Positions 10,173 through 21,755 of a stretch of 64,000 nucleotides of DNA are shown here, one piece after another. The stretch is from NCBI GenBank assembly GCA_949358305.1, contig OX442314.1, positions 25,544,001 to 25,608,000 of the forward strand, written 5' to 3'. The DNA is from Strigamia acuminata. Lineage: Eukaryota. Positions within the stretch are counted from its first letter, which is position 1. Each line of letters opens with the position of its first letter. Below the pieces are notes generated by a model that worked only from the letters and a program-made list of their open reading frames with translations, searched no databases and was not told the origin of the DNA. The translations under genes and the position numbers were made by a program.

Positions 10173-11285
10173 ATGTATTTAATGCTTCAGATCGACCCGC
10201 TACAATCATGGGACGCCCTGCCGTCTACAGTGCCCACCAAGGGCAACATCTTCCGGCTAGCGATGCCAGAATTTATCCGGTTAGCCTATCCAGAGGAGGA
10301 CACCGATGTCTGGGCCCTCAGATTACGCTACTCCCGAGCGATCGAAGAATTCTTTGACCGACCCAGGACGCTGGTCGAATGTTTGCCCAGGCAAATACGA
10401 GAAAGGGTGGGGCCACGGATCGATCCCGATTTCGATCCGTCGAGCCCTATTTTTTCAGAGCTACTTCGAGCCCGGTACGGTGGTACCGAAGAGGACGAGC
10501 ACACCGGCCTTCGGTGGCGCAACGCCGCAACGCCAGAAGAGCGGAGACGAATCGTCCGCGAAGAGATCGCTCACCTAGAGCGAACGGCAACCAGTGCCGT
10601 AATACGAGTTTTGGAGCGAAATGGTTTCTCGACGGGAGAAATCAAAGAATGGTTGCAAGAGGCCCGCGAAGACCGCCAAGCAACACCATGGGTGCCGCCC
10701 GTCGGCTTTATCGCCACTCAAGCCGAGATGTGGCAGCTGCACCGTGTCGGTATCCTACAGAGCGGCACACGAGTCAGGAGGCTGAAGAGACAGGCCTCAA
10801 GCTCAAACGGCGGCCCCGCTCAGATTAGGCAGGCCCTCTCCACCGAGGAGAGCGGCCCGTCGACGAGTGGGACGCAACCCGGCCACTCGAGCAGTTCCGA
10901 TTCAAGAACTCGAACAGTCGTCCAGTCGGGAGGCCTGCGCTCAGTTGTGATCGTACCCGCCTCCTCCAAGGAATTGCGACTGGATCCAGAAGCCGGACCG
11001 TCCAACTCGTGGAGCGACCAAGTCGACGAACAGGAGAGACAAGCGGCTACCGCAGCCGCGCCCTCTCTTCCTAGTGCGTACCGTCCGGCCGTCGGACGAA
11101 GAGTCGACCATGTTCGACCAAGCGGAACCTCCGTACAAAATCCGAAGAGACTCGGTGACCTCTTCGCACGTCGAAACCGCCAACACCAGGCGCAACCGGA
11201 AGAGCAGAGCCCGCCGCAGGCAACGAATGCAAACCCTGCTAACAAAACTAGCCGCCGCCGAGAAAAGGCCGACCGCCGCCGGTAG
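10173..11285 (+). CDS. Gypsy accessory ORF3 of unknown function (main exon probably starts at 10191)
   Basis: 370-codon open frame between pol and the 3' LTR. No signal peptide or TM helix visible. Confidence 0.75.
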   Translation: MYLMLQIDPLQSWDALPSTVPTKGNIFRLAMPEFIRLAYPEEDTDVWALRLRYSRAIEEFFDRPRTLVECLPRQIRERVGPRIDPDFDPSSPIFSELLRARYGGTEEDEHTGLRWRNAATPEERRRIVREEIAHLERTATSAVIRVLERNGFSTGEIKEWLQEAREDRQATPWVPPVGFIATQAEMWQLHRVGILQSGTRVRRLKRQASSSNGGPAQIRQALSTEESGPSTSGTQPGHSSSSDSRTRTVVQSGGLRSVVIVPASSKELRLDPEAGPSNSWSDQVDEQERQAATAAAPSLPSAYRPAVGRRVDHVRPSGTSVQNPKRLGDLFARRNRQHQAQPEEQSPPQATNANPANKTSRRREKADRRR

Positions 11286-12993
11286 TTCGGACTCGCCCAG
11301 AGCCGAACCCGCAGCCGTGTCGTCCTCCAATCGGAAGAAGGGACCCGAAGGATGGTGCGAAACCATTGAAGAAAAAATGGATTTGGACGAAGGGCCAAAA
11401 ACGGAACAGCCCATGTCACGAAGAGAACTGGCCGAAGTGCTCACCAACGCCTTTCGCGGATTCTCCGCGAACCGGCCAACGCCCTCTACGGACCAAACCG
11501 CGCTCGCGCCATCCGCACCAACCTTCCATCCGGTCCAACCAAGCTGGCCGCCTCTCCTCGAGGCCCCACCACCAGCCATAACTAGATGGACGCCCCCTGG
11601 AAACATACGACCAGGCGAGGCGTTCCTAGAATACGTCCCGCACCAACCACCAGGACTGGCTCCCCCGCCAGTTCCTCCGCCGACTCAGGCACCGAGGCCG
11701 GCTCGTGACGCCATGTGGTACGAAGAGAAAGAGCGGGATGCCCGAAATCGACGAGAGGCAGCGAATCCCACCTTGGGAGAACTACAGGCCCACCAGGCTG
11801 AATGTGAGCACCCTGCTACCGCCGAACGGGCCTTGACGCAGGCTGACGCCGCTCAGACGGAGCACATCAATTGGGCGATAGCCCAAATGCGCAAACTATC
11901 CGCCGCGTTTTCGGCAGATCCAAACCGCGCCCTGCCGGTCAGCCGGAGCAGCTTAAACGCCGAGGTAACACGCGTGATGTCCGAAATCCTGTCTCCCGCC
12001 CTCTTCCTGGACGGCCGACAGTCGATGGCCGCCTGGACCATAATCGACAGAGAGGGCGTTTTTCTAAACAGGGCCCTCTACCAACTTTGGGCCGAGTTTA
12101 CGCCAGCCGCGGCCGACCTCCGGTTCGAGCTGGCCCGCTCCATGGAAAACCCGAGTTTCCAGTTCGCGAAGATGCGTTCGATGGCGTTCCGCTACAAAAA
12201 CCCAGGGGTCCACCCGACGTTGTTACGAAAGGTCGCTGAAGAGGCGCCCGCTAAGGAAGAGGCCGTCCGCCCCATCGTGGTGGCCGAGACGGTTCCTCCC
12301 GAGCCTGCCGTCCGGAGTTATATCCCGACTCCAAAGCCGGTATTCCCGAAGGAACGAAGGACGAATAAGCGACCGAAGCTGGTCCCGAAGCGATCGCGCA
12401 AGGGGCCCCAAACTCCACCGCTGCCATCGCCCTCGCCGCCTTCTACGAGCATGGACGCCCTGTCCATAGAGGAGAACACTCCACCACTGGAGATTCCACT
12501 ACCGCCGTCTCCCCCGCCACTGCCTACGCCGGCACCTGCGCCGACCCAGCTCTATCTACGACTGGAAGTAGAATATCCAAATTTACAGATGTCGGAGACA
12601 ACGCGCCGAGCGTTATTGGCCACTCACCGCCAAGGTGAATCGTTCCTGCAATGGATGGCGAAGGAAATCAGGTTGACCAACGACCCGATCCTCCATCAAC
12701 GACTCCAGCGGGCTCACCGAGAGCCCCTCACACCGCCGGAATCGCATCGGATGCGTCGATGTCCCGGCCGCTTCCCCGCTTCGACCCAAATCTGGGTACA
12801 TGAAAGAAGAAGCAGCACGGACGGACCTCCCGGCCACGCTCAATTCTTCATTAACGAATCGGAGAATCCGACGAATCTGACCACGTCGCTGCCCGAGGGC
12901 CTTCCTCCGCCACCGCCAGCCGTTAATCTCCCAATCCTACGTCCCCGCGGAGGGAAGTTGCCCACCATCGCGCTGAGGGATCAGATAGGGTAA
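11074..12993 (+). CDS. Gypsy accessory ORF4, proline-rich, unknown function (ATG candidates 11110, 11227)
   Basis: 639-codon open frame overlapping ORF3 in the +1 frame and ending just before the PPT. Helical-looking core flanked by Pro-rich tracts and a basic patch (KRPKLVPKRSRK). Confidence 0.8.
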   Translation: MRTVRPSDEESTMFDQAEPPYKIRRDSVTSSHVETANTRRNRKSRARRRQRMQTLLTKLAAAEKRPTAAGSSDSPRAEPAAVSSSNRKKGPEGWCETIEEKMDLDEGPKTEQPMSRRELAEVLTNAFRGFSANRPTPSTDQTALAPSAPTFHPVQPSWPPLLEAPPPAITRWTPPGNIRPGEAFLEYVPHQPPGLAPPPVPPPTQAPRPARDAMWYEEKERDARNRREAANPTLGELQAHQAECEHPATAERALTQADAAQTEHINWAIAQMRKLSAAFSADPNRALPVSRSSLNAEVTRVMSEILSPALFLDGRQSMAAWTIIDREGVFLNRALYQLWAEFTPAAADLRFELARSMENPSFQFAKMRSMAFRYKNPGVHPTLLRKVAEEAPAKEEAVRPIVVAETVPPEPAVRSYIPTPKPVFPKERRTNKRPKLVPKRSRKGPQTPPLPSPSPPSTSMDALSIEENTPPLEIPLPPSPPPLPTPAPAPTQLYLRLEVEYPNLQMSETTRRALLATHRQGESFLQWMAKEIRLTNDPILHQRLQRAHREPLTPPESHRMRRCPGRFPASTQIWVHERRSSTDGPPGHAQFFINESENPTNLTTSLPEGLPPPPPAVNLPILRPRGGKLPTIALRDQIG

Positions 12994-13029
12994 TCGCCCC
13001 GATCGATGATCGAAGCTGAGGGAGGGACA

Positions 13030-13848
13030 TGTGGTGACCCTGCGGGTGGTCGTCCCTCCAGTGGACGCCATCCGCATGAGTCACTAGGAAAGGTCAGTTC
13101 CCTTGCGTTGGCTCCGCCTTCCCCCCCCTGGGAAGCGCGTGCCCCGAGGGGGTGAGGTGATGCGTGGACGGCCCCCATTGGCCGAGCCAGGCCCCTCACC
13201 CTGGCCTATATCAGGTAGAGTTTCGCGCCCTACAAGCAGAACTTACACAAACGACACCAAGAACACAGCAACTACCTCACCGTCAGGCCAACTCCACCAA
13301 AAGTTAGGATTGATAGAGGACCGCTGATTCCAGTGCAACTGTAACTCTCACGAATTTACACTGTGTGTTATTTCCCCGCGAAAGCAGGAAAATAACCCTT
13401 GTGGATTCACACGAAATAATCGACCCACGATTATTTCCATTGCGAAGTGTCCGAGTGCCCTGTAAGAAACTCCACGTTTCTGGACGGAGCCTTGCGACGC
13501 TAAAACCAACCCCTAGACAACAGGCATGGATAGAAGACTCGAAAGAGCATTCCACCGCGTCCGTGAACGACGAATCCGTGACGAATTAACGACAACTCGA
13601 GACGCCGCCTTTGTTCCGCCGACCACGCGGAACCGACGACGCCATCTTGGGAAATCCTTTGTTCGACTCTGACCCAGTCGACTCTAGTTTTATACTGAGT
13701 GTATTTTAAGGCTTACGCCTATTGAATAAACCTGTTTGTTCATTTACATATACTTAGTATTCATTTGGGTAATTTACATATTTAGTAGAATCACAGGTAA
13801 AGTAATACACGTTAGCTCTTTAAACCTATCACCAGGTAGGACGCGACA
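13030..13848 (+). repeat. Gypsy 3' LTR
   Basis: 819 bp. I found one substitution versus the 5' LTR (C1486 / T13527). Confidence 0.97.
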
Positions 13849-14680
13849 TGGTATAAGCCATTACAGATTTAGGGACAATTTTCAAGTCGATTAGTTGAAG
13901 TGCTGTTTAGGTTTTTTGTAGTTCTTTACTAAATTTATAAAGGGTGCAATATGTTAATGCAATAATAATGAACTTTGAACCATCTGGTGGCGGCTTTAAA
14001 CACTACCAGTAAATGCAAAAAGGCTGTTAACTGAAACACTCTTTACTAAAGCAGCAAAACCTGTTTAAAAGTTTTGCTGGAGTTTTCAGAGACACTAATT
14101 TTGCAAGAAGAATAACTACTTAAATAAATGATAAATCAATACAAATTTCACCTGAGATTTACTTTATTATCAGATAAACAAAGTCACAAATTTTCAGCGA
14201 AAAAAAATGGATAGGAAAAAAATTTTCCTATTCAAGAAAGAGCTTGTCCCTAAATCCGTATAGCTTTATGCTTCCAAGGGTTAAAAGCATTCGGTCACGA
14301 TCACGACCTGACCAAATCTTGTGCTGCGTCAGTCTAGACTGAATGTCTAGAACCAGACTGACCCCTTACTAGCCCTCATTCCCTATTGGCCGCAGTAGAG
14401 TCGCAGCTCCATCTATTGGCTAAGAGCTGCTGAGGACCACCGTTTACTGTGCCAACTAGTGGCAGTTGGTCACAGTTCTTTACACCTTTTTTTATTTAAC
14501 TACTGTGCCTATGCTCCATCATAGATGGCAATGCTAACCACTGTTTGATTGGAGACACAAGGCGCATTCATAATGTCATTAAAATTTGTTTATATTTTAT
14601 TTACTTTGAAAAAAAAGCACGTTTAGACTTACATTTCAAAATTTTAATCCTAATTTTGCCACCTCTCTAATATTGAAGAA

Positions 14681-17600
14681 TGTTGGAATATTTGTTAGTC
14701 ATATTCAGCATGACGTATTTTGTATGGACCACCCACTGGTCACTCCCCTTTTCCCCTTCACCCTTCACTTCCTGTTCAAGTAAAATAAACGTTGGTCGCA
14801 GCACAAGTTGCTCTGCAACTCAAACTAAACTTATCCAGATAAATCTACCTCATCCGCCATCAGGTTATGGGTCCAACACCTGCATCCACTACGCAACAGT
14901 GAGTTACGAACTTATTTCCCGAAAAATTGCAAAAGAACATCAAAAATCAAAAAGTCAAGCCGTGAACGAGCGACCACGTGTACACCCGAGCTGAGAGACG
15001 TGCATCAAGCCACATCAAGCCGTGTAACCACCAAACGCAATTCAAACAGTGCCAGGCAAATATTTTTGAACTTTTGAAAACGAAAAATGGAATCAGTTCG
15101 AGGATTTAAGGTAGAAAAACTCGGTGAGGACAATTATGAATCCTGGAAAACCGAGATGAAAAATGTGTTAATTTGCAACAAACTTTGGGCGTACGTGTGC
15201 AAACGAACAATTAAACCAGAAGCCACAGAGGAAGCCCCAAACACCACGGCAGTGAACGAATGGCTAGAGAAAGACAAAATCGCTCTCGCAACCATTGGAT
15301 TGGGCGTGAATCGAACGCACCAAGGCGCCATCAGCTCGGCAAAAACGTCCGCCGAGGCTTGGGACAAGTTGGAAGCATTCTTTCAACCGAAGGGCCCGCA
15401 CCGTAAGATGTTTTTGTTCAAGAAGTTAATCAACATGAGGAAATCTGACGACGAGACGATGAATACCCATTTGAACAATTTCGATGAAACGGCGCAAAAC
15501 TTAAAACAGACTGGAAGCACACTCGATGACGATTTGTTGGTGATTTTGCTAATGGACACGTTACCCGACACGTTTGCATTGTTCCGCTCATCAATTAAAA
15601 TGAGAGAAACGTTACCCGACCTCGCCGCAGTAAAAATTAAATTGTTGCAAGAGGACGAGGACTTGCGCAAAAATGAAAAAGCGCCTCAAAACGCTTTGGC
15701 TGCTAAAAATTATGTCAAAAATAATAATAACAATTCTTTCAAATTCAAAGAAAAATGCAACAAATGCGGATTGGTGGGCCATTTGGCGAAAGACTGCCGT
15801 AGGAAGAAACCAGGCCACGCAGGCAAATAAACCAACAAGACACTCGACGCTGAAGCACTTACCGCGACCGTCGTATCGACGTATCAAATCGTAGACGGAA
15901 AAATGACGCCGACTGAACGTGACGTAACAAACGATCAACCCAAATTAGCAAATTATGCCGTCGCTTACCAAAGCAATCACGCACTGAATAATGTCGAATG
16001 GTGCCTGGACAGTGGCGCATCGCGCCATGTGCAAAAATCGTGAGATGTTCTCCAGCCTAAATGAAACGATGAAGGGACAAATTCGAACCGCTTCCAAGAC
16101 GTACGTAAAGAGCGAGGGACTTGGAAAAATTCACCTCGATGTGGACGACTACGAAAAACCAATTGCTTTGGAGGACGTCATGTTTGCACCCGACTTAAGC
16201 GGAAATTTGATGTCGGTACCACGCATCACAAACCAGGGCGCTGAAGTAATTTTTACCGAGAAAACCGCAACAATCAGCAAGAAGGGAAAAACAGTCATGA
16301 AGGCGGAGCGACGAGGCGACATGTTCATCGTATGAACGAAACCACTGCAGATTGCAAACGTCGCCACTGGGAAAATTAGTCTAAACTCGAAAACTTGGCA
16401 CCATCGTTTCGGACATTTAAATTTGGCCGCTTTACAGCAACTAAAGAAACACGAAATGGTAAATGGACTGAAATTCGACGTTACAAGCGAAACATTCGAC
16501 TGCGAGACTTGTGCAAAGGGGAAAATTCACCGAAGCTCACACCCATCGTCGTCAACACGCGCTGAAAACGTACTCAATTTGATCCACTCCGACGTTTGCG
16601 GACCAATGCCAATCACGTCACTCGGAGGAGCTCGTTATTTTGCAACGTTCATCGATGACAAATCCCGCTACACTGAAGTCGCAATTTTAAAAGAAAGAAG
16701 CGAAATTCTTCAAGCATTTCAAAACTTCAAACGGAGAGTCGAACTCGAAACCGGACGAAAAATTAAGAAAATTCGCAGCGACAATACCAAGGAATACGTC
16801 AGCGCCGCGTTCACCAAATTCTTGGAAGATGAAGGGATTCGCCGCCAACTCTCGGTTGAGTACACACCAAAACAAAATGGCGTTTCTGAGCGAATGAACC
16901 GGACACTGTGCGAAATGGCGAGATGTACAATGATAGAATCAAATTTACCGAAAAATCTTTGGGCTGAAATTATCGACAGTGCTGTTTTTATCAGAAATCG
17001 ATGCCCGACCAAGTCATTAGAGAACCAAACACCATTTGAAGTATGGCACGGCACAAAGCCATATATTGGTTTCTTGAGAAGACTGGGCAGCAAAGCCATC
17101 GTATTGCAGCAAGGGCCTGGAAAGAGAAAATTTGAAGCAAAAGGAACTGAATTGACATTAATAGGCTATTCAACCGAATCAAAAGCGTACAAACTTTATG
17201 ATGCCGAACGACAAAAAAATGTTAAGAGTTGCCACGTCAAGATTTTCGAGTCAACTGACACCGTCTCAAATAATAGCAAAAAGTCAATTATCGATTCATT
17301 TTTTTGTTTTTCCCAGCTTCGATGAACCCGAAATCACGCTGCCAGACGCCACTCCCGCATGCAACAATGAAAACGAAATTGCGACAGAAGAAGAAATTAT
17401 CGATGAAGCCAGCGCACAGATACCGACTCCAAATCAGCCTGCTGAAACCAAACAAGGCCCAGGACGTCCAAAAATCGTTAGGACCGGAAAACCAGAGCGC
17501 CCGTCGAAACAATACAACTTAATCCAAGCAGATAACAATCAACTCGCAAACGAAAATCCTGAAACAGCATTCGACCCAAACGAGGACCATGCCAATTTCG

Positions 17601-19414
17601 TCCGCGGCTCACTCCCATCAGACCCCATTGCCGTCGAAGAAGCGATGTCCAGAGACGATCGAAATGAATGGTGTGAAGCCATGCAACATGAAATCGACGC
17701 ACTGAAGGAGATGGGAACATGGATACTTGTTGACAAACCCAAAAATCGAAAAGTCATTTCTTCACGTTGGGTTTTCCGCATCAAACGGGACAAACAAGGC
17801 AACATAGACCGCTACAAGGGACGATTGGTTGCCAAGGGATTCATGCAAAAAGAAGGAGTTGACTTCAACGAAACCTACGCCCCTGTGGTCCGTTACAACT
17901 CCATCCGCACTCTCATCGCATATGCAGTTGAGAAGGGATGGCTAATCGACCAAATGGACGTTGTTGCCGCTTACATTCAGGGCGAACTCGATGAAGAAAT
18001 ATTCATGCGACAGCCAGATGGTTTCGTTGAAAAGGGACAAGAAGAAAAAGTTTGCCTACTAAAGAAATCATTGTATGGACTGAAACAGGCCGGAAGAAAC
18101 TGGCACAAGAAGCTAAGTCGCCACCTTCGCAAAAAGATGAAGTTAAATCGTAGCAACAAAGATCCGTGTGTCTTCTACAGATTGGAGGACGAAAAATCTG
18201 CCATAATTGCAGTCTACGTAGACGACCTAATCATAATAGCTGAAAACTCCGAAACAATGAACAAGATTAAGTCCGACTTAAGCGATAAATTCAAGATGAA
18301 AGACATCGGATCGCTGAAATACTGCTTGGGGATCGAAATAAACCAAAATGAGGAAGAACACACCGTGCAAATCACTCAGACCAAATATATAGATGAAATT
18401 TTGGAACGCTTCAACATGACAAACTGCAACACCGTTAGCACACCAATTGATCCTGCACTGAAGTTAACCAAAGAAATGTCGCCCAAGACCAACGAGGAAA
18501 AGGAGAAAATGAAAAACGTGCCATATCGCGAGTTAATTGGCGCGTTGATTTACCTATCGAACTCAACTCGTCCAGATTTGGCCTTTGCAGTGAGCAGTCT
18601 CAGTCGTTTCTGTGCAAATCCAGGTGAAACACACTGGAAAGCTGCGAAAAGAGTACTTTCATACTTAAAAGGGACGCGAAAATTAGGCATCACCTACGAG
18701 AAGACTGAAGAAAATTTGTACGGATTTGCCGACGCAGATTGGGGTGGCGACATCGACGACAGACGATCAACCACAGGATATGTATTCATTTTGGCCGGAA
18801 GCCCAATTTCGTGGGCAGCCAAGAAGCAACATACCGTTGCACTTTCAACCATGGAAGCTGAGTACATGGCGGTATCGGAGGCAGCAAAGGAACTTCTGCA
18901 TCTCAGAGGACTTCTGATTGAGTTGGGCTGCCAAACAATGCAACAAGAGGCAACCGACGTTTTTTGCGACAATCAAGCCGCCATTTGTTTTTCGCAAGAC
19001 CATTCGAGCTACCACAATAGCAAGCACATTGACATGCGCTTCCATTTTGCAAAAAAAGTTGTAGAAGACAAGAAAATGAGTTTACACTACCTGCCAACCA
19101 CTCAAATGGCAGCTGACATTTTCACTAAAGGGCTCTACAAACCAAAACATGAGGATTGTTTGACGATGTTAAATTTATTTTAAATTGAATGAAATTTGTT
19201 TTGTTTTTATCATTGCTTATGATGAGAAGGAGTGTTGGAATATTTGTTAGTCATCTTCAGCATGACGTATTTTGTATGGACCACCCACTGGTCACTCCCC
19301 TTTTCCCCTTCACCCTTCACTTCCTGTTCAAGTAAAATAAACGTTGGTCGCAGCACAAGTTGCTCTGCGACTCAAACTAAACTTATTCAGATAAATCTAC
19401 CTCATCCGCCATCA
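14681..19414 (+). mobile_element. Ty1/Copia LTR retrotransposon, full length but defective
   Basis: 182-bp LTRs (14681-14862, 19233-19414; 3 substitutions seen), TSD AAGAA, copia-type PBS GGTTATGGGTCCA (14863-14875), PPT GAGAAGGAG. Confidence 0.97.
15087..19183 (+). pseudogene. Copia gag-pol polyprotein broken by frameshifts and a stop codon
   Basis: Gag with CNKCGLVGHLAKDC; protease WCLDSGASRH out of frame with its continuation; in-frame TGA at 16333-16335; WHHRFGH / integrase (HSDVCGP, RSDN, SERMNRT); frameshift near 17300; RT YVDD; RNase H (ADADWG, ADIFTK). Confidence 0.93.
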
Positions 19415-20316
19415 AAGAATTTTTGTGACCAATTGATCACTTCAACAATAAAAAAATTTAAGATGAAAAAAAAATTCCAGGTAAAAATAATGCCTGATGG
19501 TAGCGGCTACTTATCGCCATGAAGATCCACCGCCCTGGTAAATGGCACCTTACAATTACAACACGTCATTAGCATTGGCTGTAAGCTGTTACCCAGTTGC
19601 GATGATTCATATTTTATAATTTTGTACACGTGTACAAAAGAAACTGCAAGCTTTTCCACAAGCATTTCAGCTAGGGACTCGAAGAATCAGGTAAGAATAA
19701 ATTTGACCACCAGAAAAAGAAGCGGTGATTGCATTCAAAAAGTCGTCTGATAAGTGTTTCGGATGTTTGTGTTTGTGATTTGTGATACTGAACAAAAACA
19801 CCTAAAACTCCTGAAAAACAACTTTCAGAATGCTGCTACTGACTGGTGACTACTGTAGCTATTGCTTTCCATAACTGTGCTTGTCTTTGCTCATTATCAT
19901 CCATCCTGCTTCTCGTGCAACTCGAGAATGCCACAGTGGCAGACATTTTGAAATTAGTTTTTAAAATAAAAAAACAGCTGTTACTTTAGATTCTTCAAGT
20001 TATGGTTTCTGATTTTGCTGTTTTTGTGGATATGGCCTTACGGCTGTTGATTGTTATCCATTTGGTTTACAAAAACAATAAAATCAGCAGAAACAGAAAC
20101 TGTGGAGGCACCTAATAAATTTCAAACAAATAAATGAGAGTGTATGCCTATATTAGGGCACGACCACTTGGCGGAACTTTCTTTAAAGTACTGAATTTAC
20201 TTAGACAAGCCATAAATAACATCATTTATTTGTTATTCATACAATTAATATTTTACGTCATATCTTCGTAAAATCTGCAATTATACGACATATTTTTATA
20301 GGCTTAAGAAAACAAC

Positions 20317-20392
20317 ATGAACCGCTCTTTTCTTCTGACATTCGTAGCTGTTCTTTTACTCGCAGACAGTGCAGCGGCTTACGTGGCAATGA
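20317..20392 (+). CDS. Multi-knottin gene: signal-peptide exon
   Basis: Acceptor TTTTATAG|GCTTAAGAAAACAAC-ATG; MNRSFLLTFVAVLLLADSAAAYVAM; phase-1 donor A|GTAAAT. Same layout as, and DNA similarity to, ALP exon 40968-41066. Confidence 0.85.
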
Positions 20393-20533
20393 GTAAATTA
20401 CCAGTTATTTTTATTAACTCATAAAACACACGTGATTCAATCACAATCACAACCAAACAAAATTTGTCACACATTTCAGGTAATTGATAAATTGACACAA
20501 ACATTACTAATTTTTTTCCTCTTCCAATTTTAG

Positions 20534-20567
20534 TGTGGAGTGGCACCAGCGCCCCAATAGTATATGG
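20534..20567 (+). CDS. Multi-knottin gene: candidate phase 1-to-2 linker exon with a GC donor
   Basis: Strong pyrimidine tract and TAG acceptor. 34 nt (MWSGTSAPIVYG), donor GG|GCAAGT, restores frame into exon 21316. An alternative in-frame acceptor exists at 21275/21276. Confidence 0.5.
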
Positions 20568-20774
20568 GCAAGTTAATACATTTTTTACCAGCAATCTAGT
20601 CACTTACAGTAATTATAATTGGGCTTAAAATCTATGCCAGAATCACGGAGCCAAATTTAGCCAATTGAAATTCCTTAATTTTCACTCAATCAACAAATTT
20701 TGGCTAATTCTTTCAACACAATTGTACTTTAAGTCACATTATTTCGGTGAATGCTTTCTTTATCTAAAATTATT

Positions 20775-21233
20775 AGGTGCGTTCAATCTTAAATGGATTT
20801 CCAAAATCCTGATTTTCTTGATTTTCAGAAATCAAGTTAATTGGATTTCAACTTTAAACAACCTTAAAATTTCCCAAAATTCAACTGTTGCACATGCGCA
20901 ATTAGAACCATTGGAAAACTTCGTGTTTACAAACATGGCCAAAATATCGCAATTTTTCCACGCCATAATATAGCGACACATTTTAACATGATCGGCCACG
21001 TTCGAGAGCTCAAACGCGGTCGAAATATCACGATTTTCCCAATAGTAATTATAAAATTGCAAACAAAAATAACTTTTCTGATCGCTCTATGTGCAATTCA
21101 AGATGGCTGAAAATCAACTTAGATTTGCCAAAATCGGATTTTCTTTCTATGATTTAAAAACCGTCACTTCCGGTCTCCCAAAATCAAGAAAATCAGCTAA
21201 ATCAGCTAAATCCATTTAAGATTGAATACGCCT
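20775..21233. mobile_element. MITE (PIF/Harbinger-like) in an intron of the multi-knottin gene
   Basis: TIR AGGTGCGTTCAATCTTAAATGGATTT / AAATCCATTTAAGATTGAATACGCCT; 3-bp flanking duplication ATT. Confidence 0.8.
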
Positions 21234-21315
21234 ATTATAACAATTAAAAGTACTTTCAACATATTGTTTCTGCAGAAGAAATTCTAACAATATCTATCAT
21301 CTTCTTTTACTTTAG

Positions 21316-21438
21316 GTGTGTGGAGCCTAATAATGACTGTACTTCGGCAAACTTACGAAACAGTTGTTGTACGGGCGCCGCTTGCGAATGCGACGCAGAA
21401 GATAAAAATTGTGTATGCAAACCAAATAAAAATGCACC
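21316..21438 (+). CDS. Multi-knottin gene: knottin exon A (8 Cys)
   Basis: TTTAG|G ... CC|GTAAGA, 123 nt, phase 2-2. CVEPNNDCTSANLRNSCCTGAACECDAEDKNCVCKPNKNAP. Confidence 0.9.
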
Positions 21439-21558
21439 GTAAGAAACTGTATTTTCACACTAAAATTATGCATAAATACCTCCCAACAAAATAACTGATC
21501 TTACTACAACTAAGTTAATCAATTCAACTCATTCTTAACTAATTTCCCTGAATTCCAG

Positions 21559-21669
21559 GTCTAGCTGTGCCGCCCGGAATGATGTGTGCGACATTCGATT
21601 TGGCTGCTGCAACGCAAACGATGCATGCGACTGTTCCCTTGGCGCAAGTTGTCGTTGCAAAATAGATTC
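21559..21669 (+). CDS. Multi-knottin gene: knottin exon B (8 Cys)
   Basis: TTCCAG|G ... TC|GTAATT, 111 nt, phase 2-2. SSCAARNDVCDIRFGCCNANDACDCSLGASCRCKIDS. Confidence 0.9.
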
Positions 21670-21755
21670 GTAATTGAAATAATTTAAATAAATTAATAGT
21701 CTTAATTTTATTTTTTCCTCAAAAACATTTCATGTTATTAATCGCTTTCTTACAG

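Larger units (their letters stand above)
989..13848 (+). mobile_element. Full-length Ty3/Gypsy LTR retrotransposon, 12,860 bp
   Basis: Two 819-bp TG...CA LTRs, 4-bp TSD TGGT (985-988 / 13849-13852), PBS, purine-rich tract before 13030, intact gag and PR-RT-RH-IN pol. Confidence 0.98.
952..14280. mobile_element. Non-autonomous piggyBac-type MITE (~465 bp) interrupted by the Gypsy insertion
   Basis: TTAA at 948-951 and 14281-14284. TIR CCCTTGGAGGCATAA / TTATGCTTCCAAGGG. Subterminal inverted repeat TACAGATTTAGGGACAA (13862-13878) / TTGTCCCTAAATCCGTA (14244-14260). Confidence 0.85.

Noticed and set aside
10173..12993. ORF3/ORF4 as an envelope gene
   Set aside because: No signal peptide, furin-site/fusion-peptide arrangement or transmembrane helix visible.
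1946..13199. Many short antisense and alternative-frame ORFs inside the Gypsy element
   Set aside because: Shadows of long GC-richer ORFs or LTR sequence; no recognisable motifs.
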